From Pseudomonas phage sp. 30-2: a stretch of 64,000 nt of DNA. The notes beneath the pieces are model-generated. The model saw only the letters and a program-made list of their open reading frames with translations. It searched no databases and was not told the DNA's origin. Where the stretch lies: sequence record LC727697.1. One strand, 5' to 3'. A program made the translations under genes and the position numbers. Position 1 is the first letter of the stretch; the number at the start of each line of letters is the position of its first letter. Below are positions 38,219-48,332 of this stretch, piece after piece.

Positions 38219-38518
38219 CTAATATCCTTCCTTCATAACTAATCCAAGTACATAAGAAAAATTACACGATTCTAAACCAGTTCTTAAACTTTTTCTATAT
38301 ATATGATATGTAGTTAAGGTATCATCAGTAGTAACTGACAAGAATACCATATTGCTCCAGATATATATACATTTATAGTTCAACGATATGCGTTGTAACG
38401 CTAGTATGCTGTACATGTTTTTATGCACTGTATTGTTAGCTGTATTAGCGTTATACATGCGTTTGCACGTTATTGCAAACTTGCGTATAGCATAATGCAA
38501 ACGTGCAAAATAACGCAT
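38219..38518 (-). CDS. hypothetical protein (99 aa)
   Basis: ORF. Confidence 0.4.
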   Translation of the reverse strand: MRYFARLHYAIRKFAITCKRMYNANTANNTVHKNMYSILALQRISLNYKCIYIWSNMVFLSVTTDDTLTTYHIYRKSLRTGLESCNFSYVLGLVMKEGY

Positions 38519-38521
38519 TTT

Positions 38522-38818
38522 TTAAATTCCTCTTATTTTATTAATTTCCCGCTCAACGGATGTCATAGCTCTACTAAAGGAAATATAAATGTCAGTGTCG
38601 TATAACCTCCATACAACAAATCTATATCTAACTAGAAATTTTATATATGTATACTTAACAGATATAAAAGATATATAAAAAATAGAATTAACTTTAATAA
38701 ATCTAGTTTCATTATTGATAAATGGGTATTCCTTGCCATAAATTTCGCACAAAAATGCCCCTTCGGGATTATCACCTACATAATACAATATCGGTTTCAT
38801 TTTAATTATATTTGCCAT
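38522..38818 (-). CDS. hypothetical protein (98 aa)
   Basis: ORF. Confidence 0.4.
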   Translation of the reverse strand: MANIIKMKPILYYVGDNPEGAFLCEIYGKEYPFINNETRFIKVNSIFYISFISVKYTYIKFLVRYRFVVWRLYDTDIYISFSRAMTSVEREINKIRGI

Positions 38819-38992
38819 TCAGGAAAGACACCCATACATCCGTCTTGAGATACGTACAAATACCTACCATACTTATCTGACTTTGTAACGTATACCCATG
38901 CCTTTTTAATGTTTAATCCGAAAATATAAAAAGTTATGGTTGTAGTATTTGCACAAATTGAATAGTTTAGTATTAAACTCATACTATACCTC

Positions 38993-39214
38993 TTACCAAT
39001 ACTTTTTTCTTCGTTTATTCTTCGGTAACAAATGTTCCCCGGATAATTTTTTTATCATTTGCCGTTGCTGCTCTTGTGCAGTTTGTTTACAAGACTTAGA
39101 ACAATATAGTCCCCAACCTCTTTTAACATCGGCAATTCTTACTTCGAATACATTATTACATTCTATATTATTGCATGTTATTTTAGTTTTCTTTCCCCTA
39201 GGCGTTGTTGACAT
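38993..39214 (-). CDS. small basic zinc-ribbon protein (73 aa)
   Basis: CNNIECNN ... CSKSC cysteine pairs. Lys/Arg-rich. Confidence 0.45.
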   Translation of the reverse strand: MSTTPRGKKTKITCNNIECNNVFEVRIADVKRGWGLYCSKSCKQTAQEQQRQMIKKLSGEHLLPKNKRRKKYW

Positions 39215-39303
39215 TTAATTACTCGCAACAATACACTGTGTATTAGAATGCACAGTGTATATTATAGATAGTTGAATGCATGACTTACTTTGTTTCTTAC
39301 TAT

Positions 39304-39332
39304 AAAAAAAGGGCACAATGTGCCCTTTTTTT
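39304..39332. terminator. hairpin aaaaaaagggcac-aa-tgtgcccttttttt, bidirectional
   Basis: Perfect stem with A and T runs on both sides. Confidence 0.6.
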
Positions 39333-39546
39333 ATATTTTACTTCTTGCCAGTGGAAGAAGTAATAATTTCTTTACCGCAAACAGTGCAACGATAGCCCTT
39401 AGTAAACACGTTATGCACACGATTACCTTTGCCGTACACACTGTCCTGGAAATCATGTGCGCATTTGCACGATTTGATATTATCCACGTTTACCTCTGCT
39501 AGTTAATGTGTTGAGTGTTTAGTATACTGTTTTATAACAACGAAAT

Positions 39547-39768
39547 CTAGCATTTTTTTAAATTCTTATAACTGGTCCAGCCTAAGCCCCCTATTTCATG
39601 CGAAATATAAGTTGTATAATCATAATTACCTATACTCATCGATCTTGTATCATAAATCATACGTCTATACAAAACTATCCCTTTTTCTCCCCGGACCCAT
39701 ATACATGTATATATGGTACTTGGTTCTATGCATATTTGGCGTGCATTATAAGACAGTTTTAGGATCAT
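39547..39768 (-). CDS. hypothetical protein (73 aa)
   Basis: ORF. Confidence 0.35.
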   Translation of the reverse strand: MILKLSYNARQICIEPSTIYTCIWVRGEKGIVLYRRMIYDTRSMSIGNYDYTTYISHEIGGLGWTSYKNLKKC

Positions 39769-39934
39769 ATTTAGTTTTTACCTTAGCAAAAATAAATCCA
39801 AAATCATTTACAAATGATATAATGTAAACTGTATTACCTTTTATGTCTTTTTGTACATGTTCTACTATATGTAATTTTATAGAATTATACGATAATCCTA
39901 TAATAGAGGTATTGAAATTTGGATTATATGACAT
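39746..39934 (-). CDS. hypothetical protein (62 aa)
   Basis: ORF. Confidence 0.35.
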   Translation of the reverse strand: MSYNPNFNTSIIGLSYNSIKLHIVEHVQKDIKGNTVYIISFVNDFGFIFAKVKTKYDPKTVL

Positions 39935-40056
39935 ATTAGAATCCTTCTTATATGCAAATATTTATTGCTTAGATTCTTAATATATTATATCTATTAATAC
40001 GTTATAATGTAATTCAGAGACATTCAGGTTATATTTGTTTTCTAAATATAATCTCA

Positions 40057-40302
40057 CTAAGTTTGTTTAGTGTTATTATCTTTTTTAGATTTATTTTCAT
40101 TTCTTTCTTCTATACAAAACGATAATAGGTTTATAACAGTTGGTAGTAAGCAACATGTAGCTAAATTAGAAACAATGTCAATTCTTATTAAACTATATAT
40201 TTTATTAAAAATGGAAATAAAAAAATTAGAATATTTAATAGAAACAACGATTGTACTATTTCTAACTACTCTAGATAATTTACATAATAATGATAGATTC
40301 AT
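40057..40302 (-). CDS. small membrane protein (81 aa)
   Basis: Hydrophobic core. Lys-rich C-terminus. Confidence 0.4.
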   Translation of the reverse strand: MNLSLLCKLSRVVRNSTIVVSIKYSNFFISIFNKIYSLIRIDIVSNLATCCLLPTVINLLSFCIEERNENKSKKDNNTKQT

Positions 40303-40529
40303 TTGTATAACTTATTTCTCAGATCAAACAACGACTGGCATTCCACACATTTTGTTGCACTTGGTAGTATACGTTTTCTTTCTTCTCCTATTTCTTCTCC
40401 GCAATCTATACATTCGGTATAGCCAGAATTTCTTGCCATTTCTTTTCGTATTTTACTTACAGCTTTTTCTACAATTTGTTCGTGGGTTTCAGCAAGTCCG
40501 CTGTCATCTATATCAAATTCTGAACTCAT
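40299..40529 (-). CDS. TraR/DksA-family C4 zinc-finger protein (start at MSSEFDIDD)
   Basis: CIDCGEEIGEERKRILPSATKCVECQ is the TraR/DksA CxxC-N17-CxxC finger, including the conserved R and P. Confidence 0.7.
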   Translation of the reverse strand: MSSEFDIDDSGLAETHEQIVEKAVSKIRKEMARNSGYTECIDCGEEIGEERKRILPSATKCVECQSLFDLRNKLYK

Positions 40530-40602
40530 AAAACATTTCCTTGTTATTAAACGTCCATTATTTATTATTTGTATAATAGCATAAGAAAAATAAAAATACA
40601 AT

Positions 40603-40634
40603 AAAACATTGCCCGCATTAGCGGGCAATGTTTT
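40603..40634 (-). terminator. hairpin aacattgcccgc-atta-gcgggcaatgtt
   Basis: Perfect 12-bp stem. Downstream of 40636-41274. Confidence 0.6.
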
Positions 40635-40635
40635 A

Positions 40636-41274
40636 TTAATATTGTTGCCAAAGATTTTTGGATTTCATTTCATTTACTAACCATGTGCAAAATTTAGCAT
40701 GCCCGGCAGCATTTAAATGCAATCCATCACCAAAATATGTTGCATTTTGGACAGGTGCTTGTTTCCCATCTATAAAATAGACATTACTATTATTAGCAGA
40801 AACAAGTGAAGTAACCCATTGTGCTGTATTTTGAAAATCTGCAAGTACATTAGTCGTTCCGTCGTATTTTAACACAGATGTATCCTTATCTTGTCGCCAT
40901 ATAGGCGAAACAATTACAACAGGTATGGTTAACGATATTGCTGCATTCAAAAAATCAGTTAAAGCATAAAAATAATCGACTGTAGTTACGTATGGACTTC
41001 CGTAGTCGTTTGTACCTAATGTACACACAACTCCGTTTAACCCGAAAAATCCATGTAATTTGCTTAATGAAGAAATATCAAACGGATCACTAGGATCAGT
41101 TCCTTTTGCTAAACGCATACCCGGGACAGACACGTTCTGTATAGATGCGTTTACTTTAAACGGTATCATAGATGCAGTGAGTTTATCTGCCCTCGGAATA
41201 ATACCACTATTACTATTTTCTAATACCCATGCCTGGATAGAATCTCCAACTAATGCCCAACGCTGTTGCCACAT
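40636..41274 (-). CDS. SGNH/GDSL-family hydrolase (esterase)
   Basis: Block I LVGDSI, block III GTNDY, block V DGLHLNAAGH. Confidence 0.65.
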   Translation of the reverse strand: MWQQRWALVGDSIQAWVLENSNSGIIPRADKLTASMIPFKVNASIQNVSVPGMRLAKGTDPSDPFDISSLSKLHGFFGLNGVVCTLGTNDYGSPYVTTVDYFYALTDFLNAAISLTIPVVIVSPIWRQDKDTSVLKYDGTTNVLADFQNTAQWVTSLVSANNSNVYFIDGKQAPVQNATYFGDGLHLNAAGHAKFCTWLVNEMKSKNLWQQY

Positions 41275-41335
41275 AATATATCTCCTACATAATTAAAGAT
41301 ATTTAGTGGCATTGCATTTATAAATCTAATGTGTG

Positions 41336-41854
41336 TTAATCTTTATAACACACTTGTTCTAAATCTTTGGCGTCAGCGTCGGATATTTCTAAGATTGTTA
41401 ACCAATTTTTAAAATATTTAGATAATTGATGAGATCTTTTGTGGGTGTCTTTATGATATATTTTAAAATCTTTGAAATTTTGAACCTTATCTGCTATTAG
41501 CATTTCTTTTACAGGATGAATAATATGACCTATTTTTTTAGATGCATATTCAACTGTCCAATGATCTGTTTCTTTTTTACACAAATATGTATTTGCTTTG
41601 TGTCTATATTCCATTGCAAGAAGAATACTTTTTGTTACCAGGCCGCCTGTGCTTACTACTAAATCATAGTTATTTTCAAATTCTTCGTTATTTTGGAGCA
41701 AAGGATGTAAACAAAATGCTTCTTTTACTTCGTATGAAGAATTTATTGTATCTAAAATTTTTAGACCTTCATCTATATGGTTCATTAACGGAATCCCGGA
41801 ACGTTTAGCAACCCGGGTACCATAATATTCTTTAATTAAATCATACCCTTTCAT
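41336..41854 (-). CDS. hypothetical protein (172 aa)
   Basis: ORF. Confidence 0.5.
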   Translation of the reverse strand: MKGYDLIKEYYGTRVAKRSGIPLMNHIDEGLKILDTINSSYEVKEAFCLHPLLQNNEEFENNYDLVVSTGGLVTKSILLAMEYRHKANTYLCKKETDHWTVEYASKKIGHIIHPVKEMLIADKVQNFKDFKIYHKDTHKRSHQLSKYFKNWLTILEISDADAKDLEQVCYKD

Positions 41855-42069
41855 GCTGAATATTTTCCTTCCATTAAGTATATAAAACTTTTTGTGTATT
41901 TTCCTTTATTATACTGAGTATCGTTGTGCGAAGTAGTCTCGTAAGACCATTTATACCATATAGAACCGTCTGAAAAATATTCTGCCAGATCGTAGTGTAC
42001 ACCATAATGGCGTGATGAATCTATAAAAATTAAACAATAGGAACTTAATTTAAAGATGTAATCTATCAT
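41851..42069 (-). CDS. hypothetical protein (72 aa)
   Basis: ATGA coupling. Confidence 0.4.
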   Translation of the reverse strand: MIDYIFKLSSYCLIFIDSSRHYGVHYDLAEYFSDGSIWYKWSYETTSHNDTQYNKGKYTKSFIYLMEGKYSA

Positions 42070-42245
42070 TTTATTTTAGATTTTAAGAAATTAATATACC
42101 TCAGTACATTAGTGTGTTTATTTCTGTCTGACAGACACTTACAACCGCCGTTAGTTACCATTCCTTTCCGATGCGATGGGCGAAATATACAATTGCCATC
42201 AGTACATGCACAATCTAATTGTTCTAGAAATTCGTCTATTGTCAT

Positions 42246-42596
42246 TTACTTTACCTTCAAATACGGTTGCATTGTATATGCACTGGAATAAAATGTTCTT
42301 CGCCAAACTAATGTATAATTTATCCACATATTTAATATTTCTTTCTGGGTAGCACGATTGTACACTGGTGATATTTTCACATTAGATGCAGAAATTCTAA
42401 TTATGCGTTCTAGTTCTTCTTCTATGATGTTAATTGGGCTAGTAATATTATGGTCTAACAAGCGATGCATTTTTTTATTATTTTTGTATTCTATATATAC
42501 GCCGTAGTCGTTATAAAATTTAGATAACGAAATACGTTCTATCGAACTAGAAACTTTTAGTAGATTGATTAATTTAAATACATACTCAAAGTTCAT
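42246..42596 (-). CDS. hypothetical protein (116 aa)
   Basis: ORF. Confidence 0.45.
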   Translation of the reverse strand: MNFEYVFKLINLLKVSSSIERISLSKFYNDYGVYIEYKNNKKMHRLLDHNITSPINIIEEELERIIRISASNVKISPVYNRATQKEILNMWINYTLVWRRTFYSSAYTMQPYLKVK

Positions 42597-42753
42597 TCAT
42601 TATACTCTTTAATTTCATAATGACTGTTCCATATGGGTTTAGGATTATTTAAATTAATAAAAACGATGGGTGATGATGATGAATCTATAGTATATATAGA
42701 TAAATGATAATATATCATATGTGCTAAGTGCATCTGTATTTTAAATATGTTTA

Positions 42754-43026
42754 TCATTTATAAAGTTTCATTCTTGGGTTATTAATCCATCTAATATAAC
42801 TGTTATGTAAATGATTTATTCTATTAGAATAATCACTTAGATTATTAGTTATTTTAGTTGTTTCCTTATGTACTTTAAAATGAAATATGAAAGATGAAAT
42901 ACTACCATACTCTGTCGGTACTTCGAATCTAATTATAATTGATGTTGTTTTGTCCTGCAGATTTTCCATGATGATTTCGAGATATTGATACATGGAACAT
43001 AGTTTACATAGTTTAGTCATGTGCAT
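42754..43026 (-). CDS. hypothetical protein (90 aa)
   Basis: ORF. Confidence 0.4.
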   Translation of the reverse strand: MHMTKLCKLCSMYQYLEIIMENLQDKTTSIIIRFEVPTEYGSISSFIFHFKVHKETTKITNNLSDYSNRINHLHNSYIRWINNPRMKLYK

Positions 43027-43235
43027 GATTTTAAGAACCTAGAATAGCTTAATATCTCGTAGTTGGATACATTCGCACATAACACTATGTTTACTTTTTT
43101 TACTAATACTTTGAATATGTCATTAACACTGAAATCGCCATACGCATCTTTAGTGTCATAGGTTATTCCACAGTTTGGTTCTTGCCAAAATGCCGGCGAA
43201 GGACCGGCATCTGTACACATAACAAATATTCTCAT
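43017..43235 (-). CDS. hypothetical protein (72 aa)
   Basis: ORF. Confidence 0.4.
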   Translation of the reverse strand: MRIFVMCTDAGPSPAFWQEPNCGITYDTKDAYGDFSVNDIFKVLVKKVNIVLCANVSNYEILSYSRFLKSCT

Positions 43236-43239
43236 TTAA

Positions 43240-43455
43240 TTAGTATTGTTTCTTTATTTTATAAAGGGCTGCTGTGCAGTAGTGAGATAGTACGCGGATG
43301 GCGTCGTCGGCAGTGCAATTTTCGTGGCGTGCAACATACTCGCCCTCGTTAGGTTGTTGGCCAACCTCATATCTACCATCGTCGCGATATTTCCTTACTT
43401 GTACAGTATAAGTAGGATATTCGAGTTCGGCAATTATATCGAAATGTTTGTTCAT
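43240..43455 (-). CDS. hypothetical protein (71 aa)
   Basis: ORF. Confidence 0.4.
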   Translation of the reverse strand: MNKHFDIIAELEYPTYTVQVRKYRDDGRYEVGQQPNEGEYVARHENCTADDAIRVLSHYCTAALYKIKKQY

Positions 43456-43769
43456 AACTGTGACCTCGTGTGATTTATATTTAATATACTATACTCTGTG
43501 TATTAATAAAATTGTAAATTTATTGTTTTAATGGAAAATACCAGAATGTAATACTATACTGATTTAAATGAGTATTTTCTGATTTTGCTAAATTAGATAA
43601 TAATAGTTGATTGCATTTGACATCTGCAATAATACTTTGTCTAGTAATCTTTTTCTATATAATACCTAAACTAATATTATTACAAATTATTTTAGAAATT
43701 TCAAAACTAGTATTATAAGATATGTTTTATAATGAGTAACATTATAAAATAACATTTATTAGGTTAATA

Positions 43770-43794
43770 AAAAGCGGAACAATTGTTCCGCTTT
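43770..43794 (-). terminator. hairpin aaaagcggaac-aatt-gttccgctttt at the downstream end of the tRNA cluster
   Basis: Perfect stem plus T-run on the minus strand. Confidence 0.65.
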
Positions 43795-43799
43795 TGTGT

Positions 43800-43889
43800 T
43801 GGCAGATACTGTAGGATTCGAACCTACGGAGCTTTTTCAAACTCACTTCCTTAGCAGGGAAGCACCTTAAGCCACTCGGTCAAGTATCT
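43800..43889 (-). tRNA. tRNA-Ser (anticodon GCU), long variable arm, CCA encoded
   Basis: Hand-folded. Acceptor agatact/agtatct, anticodon loop cuGCUaa, T-loop ttcgaat. Confidence 0.7.
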
Positions 43890-43894
43890 ATATT

Positions 43895-43984
43895 TGGCGG
43901 AGAGGGTGGGATTCGAACCCACGGGACCTTTCGATCCGCTAGTTTTCAAGACTAGTATAATAAACCAGACTCTATCACCTCTCC
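43895..43984 (-). tRNA. tRNA-Ser (anticodon UGA), long variable arm, CCA encoded
   Basis: Acceptor ggagagg/cctctcc, anticodon loop cuUGAaa. Confidence 0.7.
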
Positions 43985-43998
43985 AAAACTAGTTAATT

Positions 43999-44358
43999 CT
44001 ATTCGTAAATTATTCTACAATGTTGTTTTCCTGCAACTCTATCTAAATAACCAAGTCTAGCTAAAATAGCTGGAGCTACATTATTATATTCATCTATAAA
44101 AGATTTAGGAACATTATATAAGTATGCACTTTGGTCATTATCGAATTCTTTACAAAAGATACCATAAAAGTGCGGAACATAGGGATTATCTTCGAATTCC
44201 TTATTTTCTAAAATCTTATCTTCTAAATACGCATCATTTGCAAATAATCTAATATTTTTATTTATTTTATTAGATTCGTATTCCGAGTCTTCGTATATAA
44301 TTTTTGCATCGGCAGTAGGAAGATATATTCCGTATACAATTTGAATTTTGGAAATCAT
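43999..44358 (-). CDS. hypothetical protein with a GIY...IIYE motif (possible degenerate GIY-YIG homing-endonuclease remnant)
   Basis: IVYGIYLPTADAKIIYEDSEY spacing resembles GIY-x9-YIG. Lies between tRNA genes. Too short for a full enzyme. Confidence 0.3.
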   Translation of the reverse strand: MISKIQIVYGIYLPTADAKIIYEDSEYESNKINKNIRLFANDAYLEDKILENKEFEDNPYVPHFYGIFCKEFDNDQSAYLYNVPKSFIDEYNNVAPAILARLGYLDRVAGKQHCRIIYE

Positions 44359-45170
44359 TTAAAATTCTCTTTTGTTATTTTATGCACTTATTATACGAAA
44401 TAATTATACTTTTGTCAAATGTTATTTTGTATATTTAAAAGAAATCATCATAAGAATGTACTACAAGTATATATTTTTCTTATTAAATATCCGTCGGGAT
44501 CTATTATAAAAATATTCAAATGCTTTGAATAAAAAACACCATTAAAAAAGTAAGTAGGGGATATTCGTATAATACCTTCGTTAGCATTAATAGATATCCT
44601 AAATATGTTTTCCATAAATCCACACCGTTATTATGTGTATTTATGGTTTTATTTCTATTTAGAATAGTTATTATAATAGATATATAATGGTTATTTAAAG
44701 GTAAGTCAATTTATAAAATAATAGATAAGCTAAAAATATTTGCATGCAATTAAAAAATCAGTTGTTTTATCTACAACATATATTTCTAATTGTTTTCTAT
44801 TGCTTGTCGGTTTAGTTTTTATCGAAACACATATAGATTTTGTATAAGACAACCTAGAAATGCTATATACATTTTCACGAAAAATAGACAAATCGAGTCT
44901 AAATATGCAACCTGCCATTTAATGTTGGTTCCTTAAACAGAACAATATCAATTTATATTTTTATTCTATCTGTCTAAAAACCATAAAGCATAATTTCCTA
45001 TATTAGGAAGGTATAAACATAAACAATGAGATTTTCTTACATACAATAACTCTGTTGTGTATGCCTGTATTTCCAGCACCGTTATATTAGATGGTATAAC
45101 TAATACTTCCATATTTATCCACTACACGAATCATCGAATAGATATACCAATCAATTATATTAGAATATTG

Positions 45171-45243
45171 AGCAGCCCACGGGACTCGAACCCGTAACAT
45201 CTGACTTGGAAGGACAGTGCTCTACCAATTGAGCTAGGACTGC
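45171..45243 (-). tRNA. tRNA-Gly (anticodon UCC), probable
   Basis: Cloverleaf with acceptor gcagtcc/gggctgc (one G-U) and loop cuUCCaa. One U-U mismatch in the anticodon stem. Confidence 0.55.
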
Positions 45244-45252
45244 ATAGTAAAT

Positions 45253-45329
45253 TGGTCTAGGCAGGAGACCTCGAATCCCCAACCTCTTGCTCCCAAAGCA
45301 AGTGCTCTACCTACTTGAGCTATGCCTAG
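45253..45329 (-). tRNA. tRNA-Pro (anticodon UGG), CCA encoded
   Basis: Acceptor ctaggca/tgcctag, anticodon stem cttgc/gcaag, loop uuUGGga. Confidence 0.7.
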
Positions 45330-45338
45330 ATATAAAAC

Positions 45339-45415
45339 TGGTTGCAGGGGTGGGATTCGAACCCACGATAAAAAGGTTATGAGCCTTTCTGCTTAGACCT
45401 CTTGCATACCCTGCG
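45339..45415 (-). tRNA. tRNA-Met-like (anticodon CAU) with a 1-72 C-A mismatch (initiator-like feature)
   Basis: Loop cuCAUaa. T-arm gtggg-ttcgaat-cccac. Acceptor cgcaggg/ccctgca has a C1-A72 mismatch. Confidence 0.6.
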
Positions 45416-45438
45416 ATAAAACTATATTGTTATATTAT

Positions 45439-45771
45439 TTACCATTTTAAATTTTTAATCTGAGAAAAATCAAATTCCGGAAGTATGCATTTATCGTCTA
45501 GATAATCTTGCATAATCTTTACATCATCAGGCGAACACGAACCTGTACTAGATTGCCACAGGCTCATTATATCTTTCGAATACATAGATCCACGACTATG
45601 TATTCCGTATCTACAGTGCATATTGTCTTTTACTATGCCAACTCTTGCTTTTCCGGCATCGAAATAAACAATATTATATATTCCGTCTATATATGAAATT
45701 AGACGTGCATTTTTTCTATTGTTACGCTTTATCCATTTTAGAACATCTGTATCATTAGAATAATTATTCAT
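45439..45771 (-). CDS. hypothetical protein (110 aa), possible mobile-endonuclease remnant
   Basis: DGIYNIVYFDAGKARVGIV is GIY-YIG-like. Intercalated between tRNA genes. Confidence 0.3.
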   Translation of the reverse strand: MNNYSNDTDVLKWIKRNNRKNARLISYIDGIYNIVYFDAGKARVGIVKDNMHCRYGIHSRGSMYSKDIMSLWQSSTGSCSPDDVKIMQDYLDDKCILPEFDFSQIKNLKW

Positions 45772-45799
45772 TATTTGAGGTACTCTTATATATACATGT

Positions 45800-46042
45800 T
45801 TATTCTAAAATTATTTTCCCTTTACCGTATAATTCTGTATTATACCAAGCTACAGAGTATAAGTAAATAGAATTATATTTAATATCGAATATGTATATTC
45901 CGCTAGTATCAGTTCTAATACTGAATGCTTGTTGTTGAAGCCAAAATAATTTTATTTGTAACGATAACTCTTTGCATTTCCTACAAGTCGATGTATGCTT
46001 TTTGATTGTTCTGTATTGTAGATGTTCTTTGCATCTATTCAT
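45800..46042 (-). CDS. small Cys-containing protein (80 aa)
   Basis: CKEH...CRKCK motif. Confidence 0.35.
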   Translation of the reverse strand: MNRCKEHLQYRTIKKHTSTCRKCKELSLQIKLFWLQQQAFSIRTDTSGIYIFDIKYNSIYLYSVAWYNTELYGKGKIILE

Positions 46043-46310
46043 ATTATTAATATAAATTTTTATACTATAATATTTTTATAGCGAGTCCAGCCTACTAAAC
46101 AGGTATTGTGCAGATTGTAGTTCGAATCAATTCCGATTAATACTCGTCCTATATAATTTTTTCGTAAGTTTAGCTGACCTGGACTGATCCGAGTTTTTCT
46201 GCACACTTCAAATATATCTTTACCTATACAACAGAAACCTTGTTTCATACTATAACGAAGAAGTCTTATGTCAAATCTTATTGTTTGCATAACACAACAC
46301 TCTTTAAAAT

Positions 46311-46387
46311 TGGCGCGCCCGGAGGGATTCGAACCCCCGACCATCCGCTTAGAAGGCGGATGCTCTATCCAGCTGAGCTACGAGCGC
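46311..46387 (-). tRNA. tRNA-Arg (anticodon UCU), CCA encoded
   Basis: Acceptor gcgctcg/cgggcgc (one G-U). D-arm tagctcagctggatagagca. Loop cuUCUaa. Confidence 0.75.
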
Positions 46388-47299
46388 ATATCTTGTGCAA
46401 CTAATGATAGCTTTGTAATAATGCTTTGTATGCGTAACATTATATACTGTTTTGTTTGTTCGGTCAACTATTTTTATTAAAATATATATCTATACAATTA
46501 AGTAATGATCGACGTAACATTTATGAAAATAACTACCACTATTTATTAAGTATAAAGCTATTACGGATTTCTCACAAAAAGTATTTTTACTGACTACAAA
46601 CCCTTTGTAGATTTTTGCATGACATACGATGCGTTCTAAATAGTACGAATAGGAAAAAATACAGTTCATTATCATCATCTTAGCCGTACAATATAACAAT
46701 TCTTATCTAGCCGAACATACCATACTATTTCGCCAGAATAAACACAAACTATGGATTCCGACCATTTTAATAACGACAATTTACATATCAATGTTTTATG
46801 CGAAATAGTTAAAATTTTTTCCATTCTTTATTCTATGTAATAAAGTTAATAAGAAATACTAAGTATACCGCAATATCGATAATAAACAGAATTGCTATAT
46901 ATTATCTAAGCACTTCCGGTATTTGTTACAATAAAAATATTATGTATTATAGAATATAACGGAACATCGGATGCAAATAGTATCTTATCTTAAATATCAT
47001 AGTAATAGAAAGGATAGTAACAGATCTATTATCGCATAACGATATTATGTTGAAACAAGGCATGTATATTACTTCTGTTGAGTATTGTAAATTAATAATG
47101 TATTTCATTTTTTAATTCTATATTGCATTGTATTTCCATGCCATAGAAAATGTACCGATATCAAAATGTACCCATAATGTAAAAGATCTATTATTTTTTA
47201 TAGTGACTACTAACTTGTTTAATACGCGATATTCTATTACGTATGTGTTGGCAGATATATGCATTATTTCATTCATAATAAAAATATCATAATAAAAAA

Positions 47300-47326
47300 G
47301 GAACATACCATAATATGTTCCTTTTG
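47300..47326 (-). terminator. hairpin ggaacatacc-ataa-tatgttcc within the tRNA cluster (processing or terminator element)
   Basis: 8-bp stem, one GU-type mismatch. Confidence 0.4.
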
Positions 47327-47334
47327 TAGGAGTT

Positions 47335-47419
47335 TGGTGCCCGGTGCCAGACTCGAACTGGCACGACTTTCGTCGGGAGATTTTAAGTCTCCTGTGTCTA
47401 CCGATTTCACCAACCGGGC
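47335..47419 (-). tRNA. tRNA-Leu (anticodon UAA), long variable arm, CCA encoded
   Basis: Acceptor gcccggt/accgggc. Loop cuUAAaa. Confidence 0.7.
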
Positions 47420-47468
47420 ATATTCATTCATTATATAGTTTAAGTATAGTTTGATTTGTATATAAAAA

Positions 47469-47545
47469 TTGGTGGGACTTACTGGATTCGAACCAGTGAC
47501 CTAGCGATTATGAGTCGCGCGCTCTAACCAACTGAGCTAAAGTCC
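47469..47545 (-). tRNA. CAU-anticodon tRNA, copy a, whose body resembles tRNA-Ile2 (lysidine tRNA)
   Basis: Anticodon arm gcgactcataatcgct and D-arm tagctcagttggttagagc match the E. coli ileX sequence as recalled. Acceptor gggactt/aagtccc. Confidence 0.65.
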
Positions 47546-47615
47546 CGTTTGAAACATTATATGAATATTTTATTTAGACTATTGTATCTCTTTAGATACA
47601 AATGTTATTTAAAAT

Positions 47616-47691
<76 letters not shown>

Positions 47692-47717
47692 ATATTGAAT
47701 ATACAACAAAGTGTAAT

Positions 47718-47793
47718 TGGCTGGCTAGGTAGGACTCGAACCTACGACCCAATGATTAACAGTCATTTGCTCTACCGACTGAGCTACTAGCCA
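47718..47793 (-). tRNA. tRNA-Asn (anticodon GUU)
   Basis: Acceptor tggctag/ctagcca. Loop cuGUUaa. Confidence 0.7.
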
Positions 47794-47843
47794 TTTAATT
47801 TTAGAATAGTTTCCTATCTTGTTAAGTATTTATATCTTTTGTT

Positions 47844-47928
47844 TGGTACCCGAGACCGGACTCGAACCGGTACGCTGCGAAGCGGGAGATTTTAAGTCTC
47901 CTGTGTCTACCAATTTCACCACTCGGGC
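47844..47928 (-). tRNA. tRNA-Leu (anticodon UAA), second copy with a different variable arm and acceptor
   Basis: Acceptor gcccgag/ctcgggt. Same D and anticodon arms as 47335-47419. Confidence 0.65.
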
Positions 47929-47950
47929 TAAAAGCACAACATCTTAAAAT

Positions 47951-48027
47951 TGGTCCCTCGAACTGGATTCGAACCAGTGACCTAGCGATTATGAGTCGCG
48001 CGCTCTAACCAACTGAGCTACCGAGGG
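47951..48027 (-). tRNA. CAU-anticodon tRNA, copy b, identical to 47469-47545 except for the acceptor stem (ccctcgg/tcgaggg)
   Basis: D-arm, anticodon arm, variable loop and T-arm are base-for-base identical to copy a. Confidence 0.65.
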
Positions 48028-48059
48028 GTTTTTTAACTTGTTAAATAAGCTGCATTATA

Positions 48060-48197
48060 CGCTTATTATACTAAAACTTTTAAGCTATTGCAACATTTTT
48101 TATTACGTTTTGTTTGTAAACTGTATTGCGTTGTTATGTGCTTATTATACTAAAACTTTTAAGCTATTGCAACATTTTTTATTACGTTTTGTTTGTT
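48060..48197 (-). promoter_or_regulatory. two tandem near-consensus sigma70-type promoters (TTGCAA-17-TATAAT) inside a 57-bp direct repeat, pointing into the tRNA cluster
   Basis: Minus strand ...TTGCAAtagcttaaaagttttagTATAAT... The repeat unit occurs at 48060-48117 and 48140-48197. Confidence 0.6.
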
Positions 48198-48332
48198 GCT
48201 GTGTTATTGCGTTATATGTGCAAATTATACGCATACTTTTATATGAAAACTATACTATATTTACAATATTTTTGGAATGTACTTTTATATAAGTAGTGAA
48301 CAGAAAGTTATATAATATACACGAAATATATT

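Noticed and set aside
46120-46175. tRNA-like segment containing gtagttcgaatc
   Set aside because: It has a T-loop-like TTCGAAT, but no acceptor, D or anticodon stems could be built. At most it is a decayed tRNA fragment.
46060-46344. Minus-strand ORF of 94 aa beginning MVGGSNPSGRA
   Set aside because: Its 5' end is the reverse-strand translation of the tRNA-Arg T-arm and acceptor (46311-46387). The rest has no RBS and no family signal, so it is probably not coding.
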